Of a stretch of 53,937 nt of DNA, positions 18,797 through 28,069 are shown piece by piece. The stretch is from a virus. Its lineage: Duplodnaviria; Caudoviricetes. Position 1 is the first letter of the stretch. Each line of letters opens with the position of its first letter. Under the pieces are notes generated by a model. It had not been told where the DNA came from. It worked only from the letters and a program-made list of their open reading frames with translations, and ran no database searches. The stretch is taken from positions 1 to 53,937 of the IMG/VR virus record IMGVR_UViG_3300030012_001811, one strand, 5' to 3'. The position numbers and the translations under genes were made by a program.

Positions 18797-19977
18797 TGGC
18801 ACTACCTACCTCTGGATCGTTAAGTCTTGATCAAATGCATGTTGAGGCAGGAGGTAACACTGGTACAACCTGTTCTATAAATGACGCTGACATCAGATCT
18901 ATGATTGATAAAGCTGATGGTGCACAAAGTTCGTTCAATGAATTTTATGGTGCATCAAGCTCAACTTATGTTGCAGCATCTGGTGGCACTACAACAACAT
19001 CTGGTAATTACAAATATCACTATTTTAATTCATCTGGAACTCTCACTTTTTCTAGTATTGGATCTGGTGGACCAAGTAATGTGGTTGATTACATTATTAT
19101 TGCTGGAGGTGGTAGTGGTGGCAAAGGCTATTGGAACTACAGCACACAATACATAATGTTTTCTGGTGGAGGTGGAGGTGCTGGTGGCTATAAAACTGGT
19201 ACATTTAATGCTGTTGCTCAAAGTTATACTATTACAGTCGGTGGAGGTGGTTCCAGCGTTAGTGCTGGTGCTTATACAAATATGACAAATGATGGTTCGG
19301 ACTCTTCTATATCTGGCGTTCATACATCATCTGGAGGAGGTGGTGGTGGCTATCTTCACTATTATTATTCAAACACATCTTACACACAACTTGGTGGTCA
19401 GGTAAAAGGCAGAAGTGGTGGCTCTGGTGGTGGAAATATGCTTATGTATTTTGGTAGTAACATAACTGAAGATGGTGTTTTAACTACTAATGCAAATATG
19501 AGTGTAGGAGGTTCTGGGGTTTCTGGTGAAGGAAATGCTGGTTCTCAAGGAGTAAGGACAGGTGGTTATAATGCTGGTCATGCTGGTTCTGGTGGTGGTA
19601 AAGGTGGTGTGCCTCCCTCAGCAACAGGTAACATGTATGCTCCTGACAGTTATTCTCAAACAACTTATAAACAAGATGGTGGTCCAGGATCCAATACTGG
19701 GGATGCAAACTACAACAGTGCTCAAAGAGGTGGAGGTGGAGGTGGTTCTATCTGGGCATGGTATGCTAACCAAAGCACTAGCTCTTATTCTGAAGGTGGT
19801 GCTGGAGGTGGTGGTCGTGGTGCAAAAAGTCGTAATGGACAAGGTGGTGGCAACTACACTAGTGCACAAAGTGGAACTGCAAATACTGGAGGAGGTGGTG
19901 GTGGAGGCATATACCAAAATGCTTCTGGTGCTGGTGGATCTGGAATTGTAATGATTAGATATCAATATCAAGGATAA
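18796..19977 (+). CDS. Glycine-rich receptor-binding adhesin (T-even gp38-like architecture)
   Basis: Poly-Gly runs alternating with aromatic-rich loops; GAGGSGIVMIRY C-terminus. Confidence 0.72.
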   Translation: MALPTSGSLSLDQMHVEAGGNTGTTCSINDADIRSMIDKADGAQSSFNEFYGASSSTYVAASGGTTTTSGNYKYHYFNSSGTLTFSSIGSGGPSNVVDYIIIAGGGSGGKGYWNYSTQYIMFSGGGGGAGGYKTGTFNAVAQSYTITVGGGGSSVSAGAYTNMTNDGSDSSISGVHTSSGGGGGGYLHYYYSNTSYTQLGGQVKGRSGGSGGGNMLMYFGSNITEDGVLTTNANMSVGGSGVSGEGNAGSQGVRTGGYNAGHAGSGGGKGGVPPSATGNMYAPDSYSQTTYKQDGGPGSNTGDANYNSAQRGGGGGGSIWAWYANQSTSSYSEGGAGGGGRGAKSRNGQGGGNYTSAQSGTANTGGGGGGGIYQNASGAGGSGIVMIRYQYQG

Positions 19978-19982
19978 ATATT

Positions 19983-20429
19983 ATGGGACATTGGGCTGAG
20001 ATCGATGAAAATAATATTGTTAAAAGAGTTATTGTGATAAAAGAAGCTGAACTCGATACTGGTGCTTGGGGTGATAAATCTAAATGGATTAAGACCAGCT
20101 ATAACACCTCTGAAGGAAAGCATTATGTTCCAAAAGAACATCAAGATTGGTCAGAGGAAAGTCCTGATCAAAGCAAAGCATTGCGTTTCAGATTTGCTGG
20201 TATAGGTATGATGTATGATGCAGAGAATGATGTATTCAGAGAACCACAACCAGCTCCAAGTTGGACTCTTAATAAAACAACAATGAGACATGACCCACCA
20301 TTGCCTGAGCCTGACATAACAGAAGAGGACAGAGATGGTGGTTACATATATGTGTGGAATGAAGATCTTTATCAAAGTGATAATACAAAAGGTTGGGAAC
20401 GCAAACCATCACCAACTCGTGAGGAATAA
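19983..20429 (+). CDS. Fibre-associated/assembly protein
   Basis: WAEIDENNIVKRVIV, TSYN, RFRFAGIGMMYD motifs, typical downstream of Gly-rich fibres. Confidence 0.6.
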   Translation: MGHWAEIDENNIVKRVIVIKEAELDTGAWGDKSKWIKTSYNTSEGKHYVPKEHQDWSEESPDQSKALRFRFAGIGMMYDAENDVFREPQPAPSWTLNKTTMRHDPPLPEPDITEEDRDGGYIYVWNEDLYQSDNTKGWERKPSPTREE

Positions 20430-21121
20430 TGATATTCAGCAACTTCAAAACATCTAGTGTCAAATATATAATTAATGAGTTTGATTGTCCTAAAGGCATT
20501 GTTCCTAATATAGAAAAATATTCTAATATTATACATCACACTAAGTGCCCAGCAGTAGCAATGGTTCATAGCAGATTATATTATGCAAACTCTTTTTTAG
20601 ACATTGATATTAATTTCGGTATGAAAGATGGTGAGCCACACTATAATTATACTTTTACTGAGGAACACCCCACAAGCCAGTTTATGCATGATCTAATTAA
20701 GAGTGTGATCCGTGTTCAAGCACTGCCTAATTCTAACTCTACTTTGCATTTACAAATTAATTCACCATACTCTTTTGTCACAGATACAAAAGATATAGAG
20801 CTTGTGTCTCTGCCAACTAACATAGAAACAGAAAACTGTGTTTATGTTCCTGGAGGGTTAAAACCTTACTACTGGATAAGAAACCTCAATGCTGCTTTTC
20901 TGCTAACTGATATGACAAAAATGGGTAAAGTTAAGTTGCGCATTGATAAACCGATGTGTTTATTTTATTTTAATAAGCCAGTTGACTTAAAACTCACAGA
21001 GCAAACTGAGAAAATTAAATCATACATCGCTGAAACTGCTGGTATTGTAAACTATCGCAGTAAAATAGAAAAGTATTACACAAATGTTATAAACAGAAGA
21101 CCAAGGAAACTATTGTCATGA
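20429..21121 (+). CDS. Hypothetical protein (AT-rich, probably accessory)
   Basis: 230 aa, coupled at both ends; TKCPAV motif. Confidence 0.7.
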   Translation: MIFSNFKTSSVKYIINEFDCPKGIVPNIEKYSNIIHHTKCPAVAMVHSRLYYANSFLDIDINFGMKDGEPHYNYTFTEEHPTSQFMHDLIKSVIRVQALPNSNSTLHLQINSPYSFVTDTKDIELVSLPTNIETENCVYVPGGLKPYYWIRNLNAAFLLTDMTKMGKVKLRIDKPMCLFYFNKPVDLKLTEQTEKIKSYIAETAGIVNYRSKIEKYYTNVINRRPRKLLS

Positions 21122-21456
21122 GTCAAAAAGTATTGGAGAAAGGATCTCCTCTAGCAGAAAAGCTTGATGCTAATGGTGATGGCATAATAACAGATAAAGA
21201 GCTTATGATGAAAGAAAGAATGGTTCGTTTAGAGAATCAAGATAAAAAAGAAGATCAACAAAGATACATGGTTTGGTTTTCAGCTCTTGCAGTTACAGCG
21301 TACATAATAGTTCTTATGACACCTATTGTTCCTCTTGAGAGACTTGATCATTTATCAAGTATCGGGAGCACATGGGTCATATCTAATATGGGAATAATCG
21401 GTGCATTTATAGCAAGTAATGCTTTTGTTAAGAAGAATGGAAATGGAGAGAAATGA
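21118..21456 (+). CDS. EF-hand plus two-TM membrane protein (holin/antiholin candidate)
   Basis: DANGDGIITDKE loop; two hydrophobic segments; upstream of holin. Confidence 0.7.
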   Translation: MSQKVLEKGSPLAEKLDANGDGIITDKELMMKERMVRLENQDKKEDQQRYMVWFSALAVTAYIIVLMTPIVPLERLDHLSSIGSTWVISNMGIIGAFIASNAFVKKNGNGEK

Positions 21457-21854
21457 GCATATTACAAACTTTGGTAGGACCAGTTGCAGGTATACTCGAT
21501 AAATTTATTGAAGACAAAGATCAAAAGGCTAAGTTGGCACATGAGATTGCGACTATGGCAGAAAAGCATGCTCATGAGTCTGCGATGGCGCAAGTGGATG
21601 TCAACAAGTCGGAAGCACAACATAGGTCAATATTTGTTGCAGGGTGGCGTCCTTTTATCGGTTGGATCTGTGGCATTGCTCTGGCTTATCATTTCGTGGT
21701 ATCCCCAATCATATTATTCGTTGCTGGATGGGCAGGTGCAGAGTTGCCAGAACTCCCAGCCTTTGATATGGACTCCTTGATGACTGTGTTGTTAGGGATG
21801 TTAGGTTTAGGTGGTTTAAGAACATATGAGAAAACGAAAGGTCTAGCAAAATGA
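21453..21854 (+). CDS. Holin, 3TM gene-transfer-release type
   Basis: SIFVAGWRPFIGWICG and LLGMLGLGGLRTYEK signatures. Confidence 0.85.
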   Translation: MSILQTLVGPVAGILDKFIEDKDQKAKLAHEIATMAEKHAHESAMAQVDVNKSEAQHRSIFVAGWRPFIGWICGIALAYHFVVSPIILFVAGWAGAELPELPAFDMDSLMTVLLGMLGLGGLRTYEKTKGLAK

Positions 21855-22360
21855 AAGAAAATTTTGATAAATCTCTAAAAATGATATTGCATCATGAAGG
21901 TGGCTATGTTAATCACCCCAGAGATCCTGGAGGAGAGACAAACCTTGGTGTCACAAAAAGAGTTTATAAAGAGTATGGTGGCTTAAAAGATATGAAAGAT
22001 TTGACTGTTGACGATGTTGCTCCTATATATGAAAATAATTATTGGAGAAGAGCAAAGTGTGATCACCTCCCATCTGGTTTGGATCTAGCTGTTTTTGATT
22101 GGTCTGTTAACAGTGGTGTTGGTAGAGCTGTTAAAAAGCTACAAACAATGATAGGAACAGAAGCAGATGGTGGCATTGGTCCAAACACTCTTAAAACATT
22201 AGAGGAATATATAGAACATCATGGTCTGGATAAAACTTTGAGAAATTATAAATCAGTTAGGCAAAAGTTTTATGAGTCCTTGTCAACATTTGATACATTT
22301 GGCAAAGGTTGGACAAAAAGAAATGACATGACATTACAGGTGTGCTTGGAGATGATTTAA
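21851..22360 (+). CDS. Endolysin, glycoside hydrolase family 108 with PG-binding domain
   Basis: HEGGYVNHPRDPGGETNLGVT, FDWSVNSG, FGKGWTKR. Confidence 0.92.
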   Translation: MKENFDKSLKMILHHEGGYVNHPRDPGGETNLGVTKRVYKEYGGLKDMKDLTVDDVAPIYENNYWRRAKCDHLPSGLDLAVFDWSVNSGVGRAVKKLQTMIGTEADGGIGPNTLKTLEEYIEHHGLDKTLRNYKSVRQKFYESLSTFDTFGKGWTKRNDMTLQVCLEMI

Positions 22361-24267
22361 TGCCTTTACAGTTGTTAAAATATAATCCTGGAATTGTAAA
22401 AGACATAACAGAATATGCTGCTGGAAAGAATGGACCATTTTATGTTGATGGCGATCTTGTAAGGTTTAAAAATGGTTATCCGCAAAAGTTTGGTGGTTGG
22501 CAAAAAGATGTTTTGACAGAGCTTGATGCTGCTGGTGCAACTACAACAACACCAACATCTCTTCAAGGAGTTCCAAGGAAAGTTGTGAACTGGAGAGCTG
22601 TCGCAGATGGTGAAGACAGACTTGCAGTCGGGACACATACACATCTTTATATAGTTAAAAATAACAGCGTTTATGATATAACTCCTTTGAGGAAGACTTC
22701 AACAAATCTTTCAAATCCTCTTGCAACAACTAATGGTAGTGCAACAATAACAATAACAGATAACAGTCATGGTGCTCAGGTCGGTGATTATGTTGTTATA
22801 GAGGAGGCAACAGCGACAGGTGGCATAACTGCTGACACACTTAACAGGAAAGCTGGGTATGAGGTTGAGACAGTCACAACAAATACATTTACAATAACTG
22901 CTCCATCAAATGCTAGTTCAACAGTTTCTTCTGGTGGTGGCACTGCACTTGATATAAAATATCTGATTGGCATTGATGCAGGTTTAGGAAAGCAAAGTTC
23001 TGACCCAGCACTGGGTTGGGGTGTAGGTGGTTGGGGTGAGGGAACTTGGAACACTCCTAGGAGTCAAGCTGGATCTGATGTAAGATTCGATAACTCCTCT
23101 TGGACTCTTAATCTTTGGGGTGAGGATCTTATTGCTGGCGTAAGGAATGGTGCAATATATTATTATGATACATCTGCAGGTGAATCAAATAGAGCTGTTC
23201 TTTTGTCAGGAATCAGTGGTGCTAACAGTGTCCCTAGCATTGCAAGAGTAACAGCTATATCTTTTCCTGACAGACATTTTATTGCTGCTGGCTGTCAAGA
23301 GTTCGGTGGCTCTGGTAATGTTGATGAGATGTTAATTCGTTTTTCTGATCAAGAAGACTTCGCAAACTTCAGACCAACTGCCACAAACACCGCAGGTGAT
23401 CAAAGATTACAGCTTGGAACAAAAATAATATCCATGATAAGTGCTAGAGAAGAGATGATCATATCGACTGACGAAGCAATTTATGGCATGACTTTTGTTG
23501 GTCCACCCTTCACTTTCCAGTTTAGATTGCTAGCAACTGATGCAGGTGCTGGTGGCTTAAACACTATGGTTCAAGTCGATGGTGATGTTTATTGGATGGG
23601 CAAGAGACAGTTTTACTTTTATGATGGTGTTGTTAAAGAACTTCCTTGCCCAGTACAACATTTTGTTTTTGATAGAATGCAAAGGAACTTTATTGACAAA
23701 GTTACTGCTGGTCATAACAAGAAATTTAAAGAGGTCATATGGTTCTATGTATCAGATCAAAACTCTGCAGGAGTCACAAACCCTGAGAATGATTCTTATG
23801 TCATTTATAACTATGGGGAAAACAACTGGTCAATAGGAACTCTTGACAGGTCAAGTTGGAATGATGCATTTGGATTCAGGCAAGTTCCCTTTGCGTTTGA
23901 TGCTAATGGCTTTCTTTATGATCATGAAACTGGAACATCTGATGATGGATCTGCTATGAACTGTCACATCGAAACTGCTCCAAGAGAAATAAGTCAAGAT
24001 GGGAATGAAATGTATATGATTGACAGGATAATCCCTGACACAACAATGACTTCTGATACAACACTGGCTGTCTCTTTGAATACAAGAAAGCACCCTCAGG
24101 GAACAGAAACAACAAAAGGTGCTTTTAACATAACATCGTCAACTGATAAGATAAGTGTTAGAGCAAAAGGCAGACAAGTGAGCATGAAGTTCTCAAGCTC
24201 TGGAACAACAGATGATTGGACTCTCGGTGATTTCAGAGTTAATGTAAGAAAGGATGGATTGAGATGA
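22360..24267 (+). CDS. Tail hub/packaged-DNA stabilisation protein (P22 gp10-like)
   Basis: About 635 aa, beta-rich; IRFSDQED, TNTAGDQRL, LPCPVQHFVF; ATG 22360 coupled to endolysin stop. Confidence 0.7.
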   Translation: MPLQLLKYNPGIVKDITEYAAGKNGPFYVDGDLVRFKNGYPQKFGGWQKDVLTELDAAGATTTTPTSLQGVPRKVVNWRAVADGEDRLAVGTHTHLYIVKNNSVYDITPLRKTSTNLSNPLATTNGSATITITDNSHGAQVGDYVVIEEATATGGITADTLNRKAGYEVETVTTNTFTITAPSNASSTVSSGGGTALDIKYLIGIDAGLGKQSSDPALGWGVGGWGEGTWNTPRSQAGSDVRFDNSSWTLNLWGEDLIAGVRNGAIYYYDTSAGESNRAVLLSGISGANSVPSIARVTAISFPDRHFIAAGCQEFGGSGNVDEMLIRFSDQEDFANFRPTATNTAGDQRLQLGTKIISMISAREEMIISTDEAIYGMTFVGPPFTFQFRLLATDAGAGGLNTMVQVDGDVYWMGKRQFYFYDGVVKELPCPVQHFVFDRMQRNFIDKVTAGHNKKFKEVIWFYVSDQNSAGVTNPENDSYVIYNYGENNWSIGTLDRSSWNDAFGFRQVPFAFDANGFLYDHETGTSDDGSAMNCHIETAPREISQDGNEMYMIDRIIPDTTMTSDTTLAVSLNTRKHPQGTETTKGAFNITSSTDKISVRAKGRQVSMKFSSSGTTDDWTLGDFRVNVRKDGLR

Positions 24268-24443
24268 GTGCACCAACAGTCAATGTAAGATTGCCATCAC
24301 CACCACCACAATACAATCAAGGTCAAATGACAAGGTTGACTAACACACTAGAAATTATACAACAAAACAATGTTTTTGCTCAAACGACAGGACAAGAAAA
24401 ATCTGTTGAGATAGCAGAACAAACAACTTGGTTTCTCGGTTAA
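24264..24443 (+). CDS. Small hypothetical protein (59 aa)
   Basis: Own translation MSAPTVNVRLPSPPPQYNQGQM...WFLG; coupled both sides. Confidence 0.7.
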   Translation: MSAPTVNVRLPSPPPQYNQGQMTRLTNTLEIIQQNNVFAQTTGQEKSVEIAEQTTWFLG

Positions 24444-24772
24444 TGGCTAATAATTTTAAAAATGCTAAAAAAGATCTAACATCAACAGATGTTACAACCC
24501 TTTACACTGCACCTGTTGCAACAACTGCTGTATTTAAGTCAATACTTGTATCAGAAGACTCAGGCAATGCAGACACAATAACAGTGACATTAACTGATGC
24601 AGAATCAAGTCCAGCAACATTCAGTTTATTTAAAACAAAAGCTATAAGTGCAAACGCAACTGTTGAATTATTAACAGCACCGATAGTTGTGCAAGAAAGC
24701 GAAATATTAAAAGTTCAAGCAGCAACAGCAGACAGACTACATGTCATTGCCAGTTTTTTAGAGATTAGTTGA
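24443..24772 (+). CDS. Small beta-sandwich virion protein
   Basis: MANNFKNAK...TTLYTAP...LHVIASFLEIS; ATG 24443 (TAATG). Confidence 0.72.
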   Translation: MANNFKNAKKDLTSTDVTTLYTAPVATTAVFKSILVSEDSGNADTITVTLTDAESSPATFSLFKTKAISANATVELLTAPIVVQESEILKVQAATADRLHVIASFLEIS

Positions 24773-24797
24773 TTATTTGTTGGATAGAGAGTAAGGT
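24769..24797 (+). promoter_or_regulatory. Possible sigma70-like promoter for the internal-protein genes
   Basis: TTGATT-17 nt-TAAGGT upstream of AAGGAG RBS. Confidence 0.35.
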
Positions 24798-24814
24798 CAA
24801 ATAAAGGAGTTAAC

Positions 24815-26110
24815 ATGCCATCACATACAATAGCACCAACAGGAGCTTTGACAGGCTTAACAGATACACAACCAAAACCTCTTGTGACCTATGGTGTCTT
24901 TCAACAACAAGCACAAACTCCAGCTAATCTTGAAAATTTACAAAATGTTTATGGCACAGCAGCAATGCCCTCTTTCCAGTTTGTTAAGATGATACAAACA
25001 GGAGAAAGAACTTACGATCCAAACGACACAGTGCAAAGGGATCTTTTAGAAGAGTATAAAAAAATAACTGACGAAAAAGGAACTCCTCCAGGAATGCCTG
25101 AGGCAGAGGAAGTTTTAACTGGAGTTGTCAGTGAGGTTGGTCAGGCAGTCGGTAGACAGGCAGGCAGAGCATTGGTTGATCCTTATCTTGAGGGATCTGC
25201 TGGATCCAAGATATTAGAGGGTGCAGCATCGACTTTCAGTGCTTTGCCCTCACAACAAGTTCAATCATCTATATCCAAGGGTCTTAAATTACAACTCGCT
25301 CAAAACGAGTTCTTTCAGCCAGAGCTTGCAAATGCTGCTGTTGCAAAAGCAACTGGAAACTTAGATGCATTTAATAAACTTTCTGATGCTGCAAAAGTTA
25401 ATGCAGAAGGACTTATATCTTATGACGCAAGCAAACTCCCTGCTGGAGTATCACTACAAGATGGTGTGCTTTCTGGTGTTGGTGGCAATATATCAGCAAG
25501 TGCAATAACACAGGGAACTCAAGCACCAAGTTACTTTCAATCAGTTGGAAGAAGGTTATATGGCACAGAACAAGCTGCACAGAACTGGGCATCTGCTGCA
25601 GGTGGTGGTGTTGTGAACTTTGGTGTTCAGTTATTGATGGGTGAGGATCCAGCCAAAGCTGCAAAGTCTGCTGGTGCATCAGCGATAGGAACAGCCATAG
25701 GTAATGCGTTACTTCCTGGAATCGGTGGAGTTGTGGGAGGAGTTCTTGGTGGCGTGGTTGGTGGTAGAGTAATATGCAATGAATTAATGAAACAAGGTTT
25801 AATGACCAGAGAACAAGTTCTTCTTGATTATAGGTTCACGAGAGATTATCTTACTACTAAGCATGTTAATGGTTATCATTGTTGGGCAGTTTGGATGGTT
25901 AAGCAAATGCGCAAAGGAAGATTCACAAAGTTCTGGAAACATGTTGCTGGTCATAGAGCAAATGAGATAGCTTACATATATGGCAAAAGAGAAAAGCCTG
26001 ATTATCTTGGAAAAGTATACAGGAAGATCTTAGAACCAACTTGTTGGGTCATAGGTAATTTTAAAAAGTCAACAGATTGGTCTGTGCTATATAAACAAAA
26101 GGAGATATAA
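24815..26110 (+). CDS. Putative internal virion protein with glycine zipper and Cys-initiated C-terminal domain
   Basis: GGVVGGVLGGVVGG followed by RVICNEL...GYHCWA. Confidence 0.7.
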   Translation: MPSHTIAPTGALTGLTDTQPKPLVTYGVFQQQAQTPANLENLQNVYGTAAMPSFQFVKMIQTGERTYDPNDTVQRDLLEEYKKITDEKGTPPGMPEAEEVLTGVVSEVGQAVGRQAGRALVDPYLEGSAGSKILEGAASTFSALPSQQVQSSISKGLKLQLAQNEFFQPELANAAVAKATGNLDAFNKLSDAAKVNAEGLISYDASKLPAGVSLQDGVLSGVGGNISASAITQGTQAPSYFQSVGRRLYGTEQAAQNWASAAGGGVVNFGVQLLMGEDPAKAAKSAGASAIGTAIGNALLPGIGGVVGGVLGGVVGGRVICNELMKQGLMTREQVLLDYRFTRDYLTTKHVNGYHCWAVWMVKQMRKGRFTKFWKHVAGHRANEIAYIYGKREKPDYLGKVYRKILEPTCWVIGNFKKSTDWSVLYKQKEI

Positions 26111-26458
26111 ATGGCAGATGATATGATGAAGATGAATGCGATGGGAGAAAGACCTCCTATGCCAGACATGAAGGGTGCGAATATGAGGGAAGAAGGACCA
26201 CTCGATTCAATGCCTGAGAAAGCTAAAGAAAATCTTATGATGCCATCTGAGGAGATCGGTGCTGTTTTAATGGCTAGATTAGTTAACATGAGTCCTCAAG
26301 AGTTACAAATGTTAGATAGTGCAATCAGCCCTGACGTTGCAAAAGTATTAATGAAGTTGTTGCCAGAGCTTAGAGAGTTAATATCTCAAATAGAAAAGAT
26401 GGGTGGTGGTGGCCAACAAATGGCACAAAGACAGATGGGTGCACTCGGAAATATGTGA
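26111..26458 (+). CDS. Met-rich hypothetical protein
   Basis: AAGGAG RBS; 115 aa. Confidence 0.72.
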   Translation: MADDMMKMNAMGERPPMPDMKGANMREEGPLDSMPEKAKENLMMPSEEIGAVLMARLVNMSPQELQMLDSAISPDVAKVLMKLLPELRELISQIEKMGGGGQQMAQRQMGALGNM

Positions 26459-26901
26459 TGAAGATAAGAAGAGCTGGAATATTAGATATATCTGCAATAG
26501 CAGCACTCTTGTTAGAGATGCACAATGGAACAGATATTCCAACATCTAAAATTAATTCTGAAAAAATGATAAGTAAAATATCAGAAGCAATACACAAAGG
26601 AGTTTGTTTTATATCTCTTAATGATAAAAATGTTATAGAGGGTTCAATAGGTGGTTTGGTTGCTAGTGACTGGTGGTCTGAAGAAAAGCATCTTGGTGAT
26701 CTTTGGTTTTATGTCACCCCAGAAGCAAGGAAAAGCAATGCAGCATTTGAGCTTGTTAGAGAGTTTAAAAAGGTAGGACAGAAAGTCAATATACCAGTGA
26801 GATTAGGTCATGTGTTTTCTAAAGACCTTGAACGTAAAGACAAATTTTTTCAAAGACTTGGTTTGCAAAAAGCAGGTTCAGTATTTTTGGAGGTGGCTTA
26901 A
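26455..26901 (+). CDS. GNAT-family acetyltransferase
   Basis: IRRA...DI, WFYVTPEARKS motif A, FFQRLG motif B. Confidence 0.82.
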   Translation: MMKIRRAGILDISAIAALLLEMHNGTDIPTSKINSEKMISKISEAIHKGVCFISLNDKNVIEGSIGGLVASDWWSEEKHLGDLWFYVTPEARKSNAAFELVREFKKVGQKVNIPVRLGHVFSKDLERKDKFFQRLGLQKAGSVFLEVA

Positions 26902-28067
26902 TGGGTGGTTTATGCACAACAACAACAGAAGAATTACCAACATCTGATTTAACAGTTACGGGAACAGGCATACCCTCTTATGTTGCTGAAGGAGGGAAAA
27001 GACTTTTTGAACAAGCATCAGAACTTGCTAGTGGAGAGGTTCCACAGTTCACTGGTCCAAGAATAGCAACCTATGATGGAAGCAAGTTTACACCAGAAGA
27101 ACAACAAGCGATTGATCTTTTGTCAAAAAATGCAGACATTTATCAACCTTATTTAGATCAAGCTTTTGGTGCAACTTTAGGACTAGGACTAGGGTTTGAT
27201 AGCGCAGGAAGAGATGAGCTTGTTGGAACGTCTCCAGAACTTGGTACTTATACAGGTGCAACAAGAGATGAACTTATAGGTCAGCGTCCTGACCTAGATA
27301 CATTCACACTGGACACAGCACAACCTTTTTTAGATATATTTCAAACTGCAACAGATCCAGCTGTAAGAGATATAGAGAGGCAGATCTCTGAGCAACAGAT
27401 AGCTGCAAGGGCAAAAGCTGCAAGAGGTGGTGGTGGTTTTGGATCTCGACTGGGAATAATGGAGGGAACTCTCGGAGCTGAAGGAGCACAAGCCATTGGT
27501 GATGTAAGAGCACAAGCTGCAAGAGAGGGTTTAGGGTTTGCAGCAGGTAGGCTAGATGCAGATAGAGCACAAGCAGAAAGAGATCGTGCTGCAAGATTCT
27601 CAGCAGAAGGAGTGATGAGAGGTCAGTTTGAGTCTGATAGAGATGCTATACAAGCAAGAGCAGAAAGAGACAGAGCTGCAAGGTTTGGTGCGGAGTCTGC
27701 AGCAAGGTCAGCATATGAGACAGAAGAAGCTGCAAGAGTCAGAAGAGCAGATCAACTTCAAAGCTTTGCACCCCTAGTTCAAGGTTTGCAGGAGCAAGCA
27801 GCAAGTGGTTTGTTAAGTGCAGGAGAAGCAAGAAGACAACTTGATCAAATGGCTTTGGATCTGGCTTTTGCTGATTTCATGGACCAAAGAGAGATGCCTT
27901 TTCAAAGATTAAATTTTGCTATAGGTGCACTGAGAGGTATACCATTTGAAACAACAACAACTGCTCTTCGAAGAGGTTCGCAGTTCGTGCAATCACCATC
28001 TGTTTATGGTCAAACATTAGGTGGTCTTGGATCTCTAGCAAGTGCATATTATTTAAGTAAAGGATAA
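26901..28067 (+). CDS. Putative DNA ejection/pilot protein
   Basis: Ala/Gln/Arg helical; GGFGSR; hydrophobic Gly-rich C-terminus; follows the GNAT gene. Confidence 0.62.
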   Translation: MGGLCTTTTEELPTSDLTVTGTGIPSYVAEGGKRLFEQASELASGEVPQFTGPRIATYDGSKFTPEEQQAIDLLSKNADIYQPYLDQAFGATLGLGLGFDSAGRDELVGTSPELGTYTGATRDELIGQRPDLDTFTLDTAQPFLDIFQTATDPAVRDIERQISEQQIAARAKAARGGGGFGSRLGIMEGTLGAEGAQAIGDVRAQAAREGLGFAAGRLDADRAQAERDRAARFSAEGVMRGQFESDRDAIQARAERDRAARFGAESAARSAYETEEAARVRRADQLQSFAPLVQGLQEQAASGLLSAGEARRQLDQMALDLAFADFMDQREMPFQRLNFAIGALRGIPFETTTTALRRGSQFVQSPSVYGQTLGGLGSLASAYYLSKG

Positions 28068-28069
28068 AA

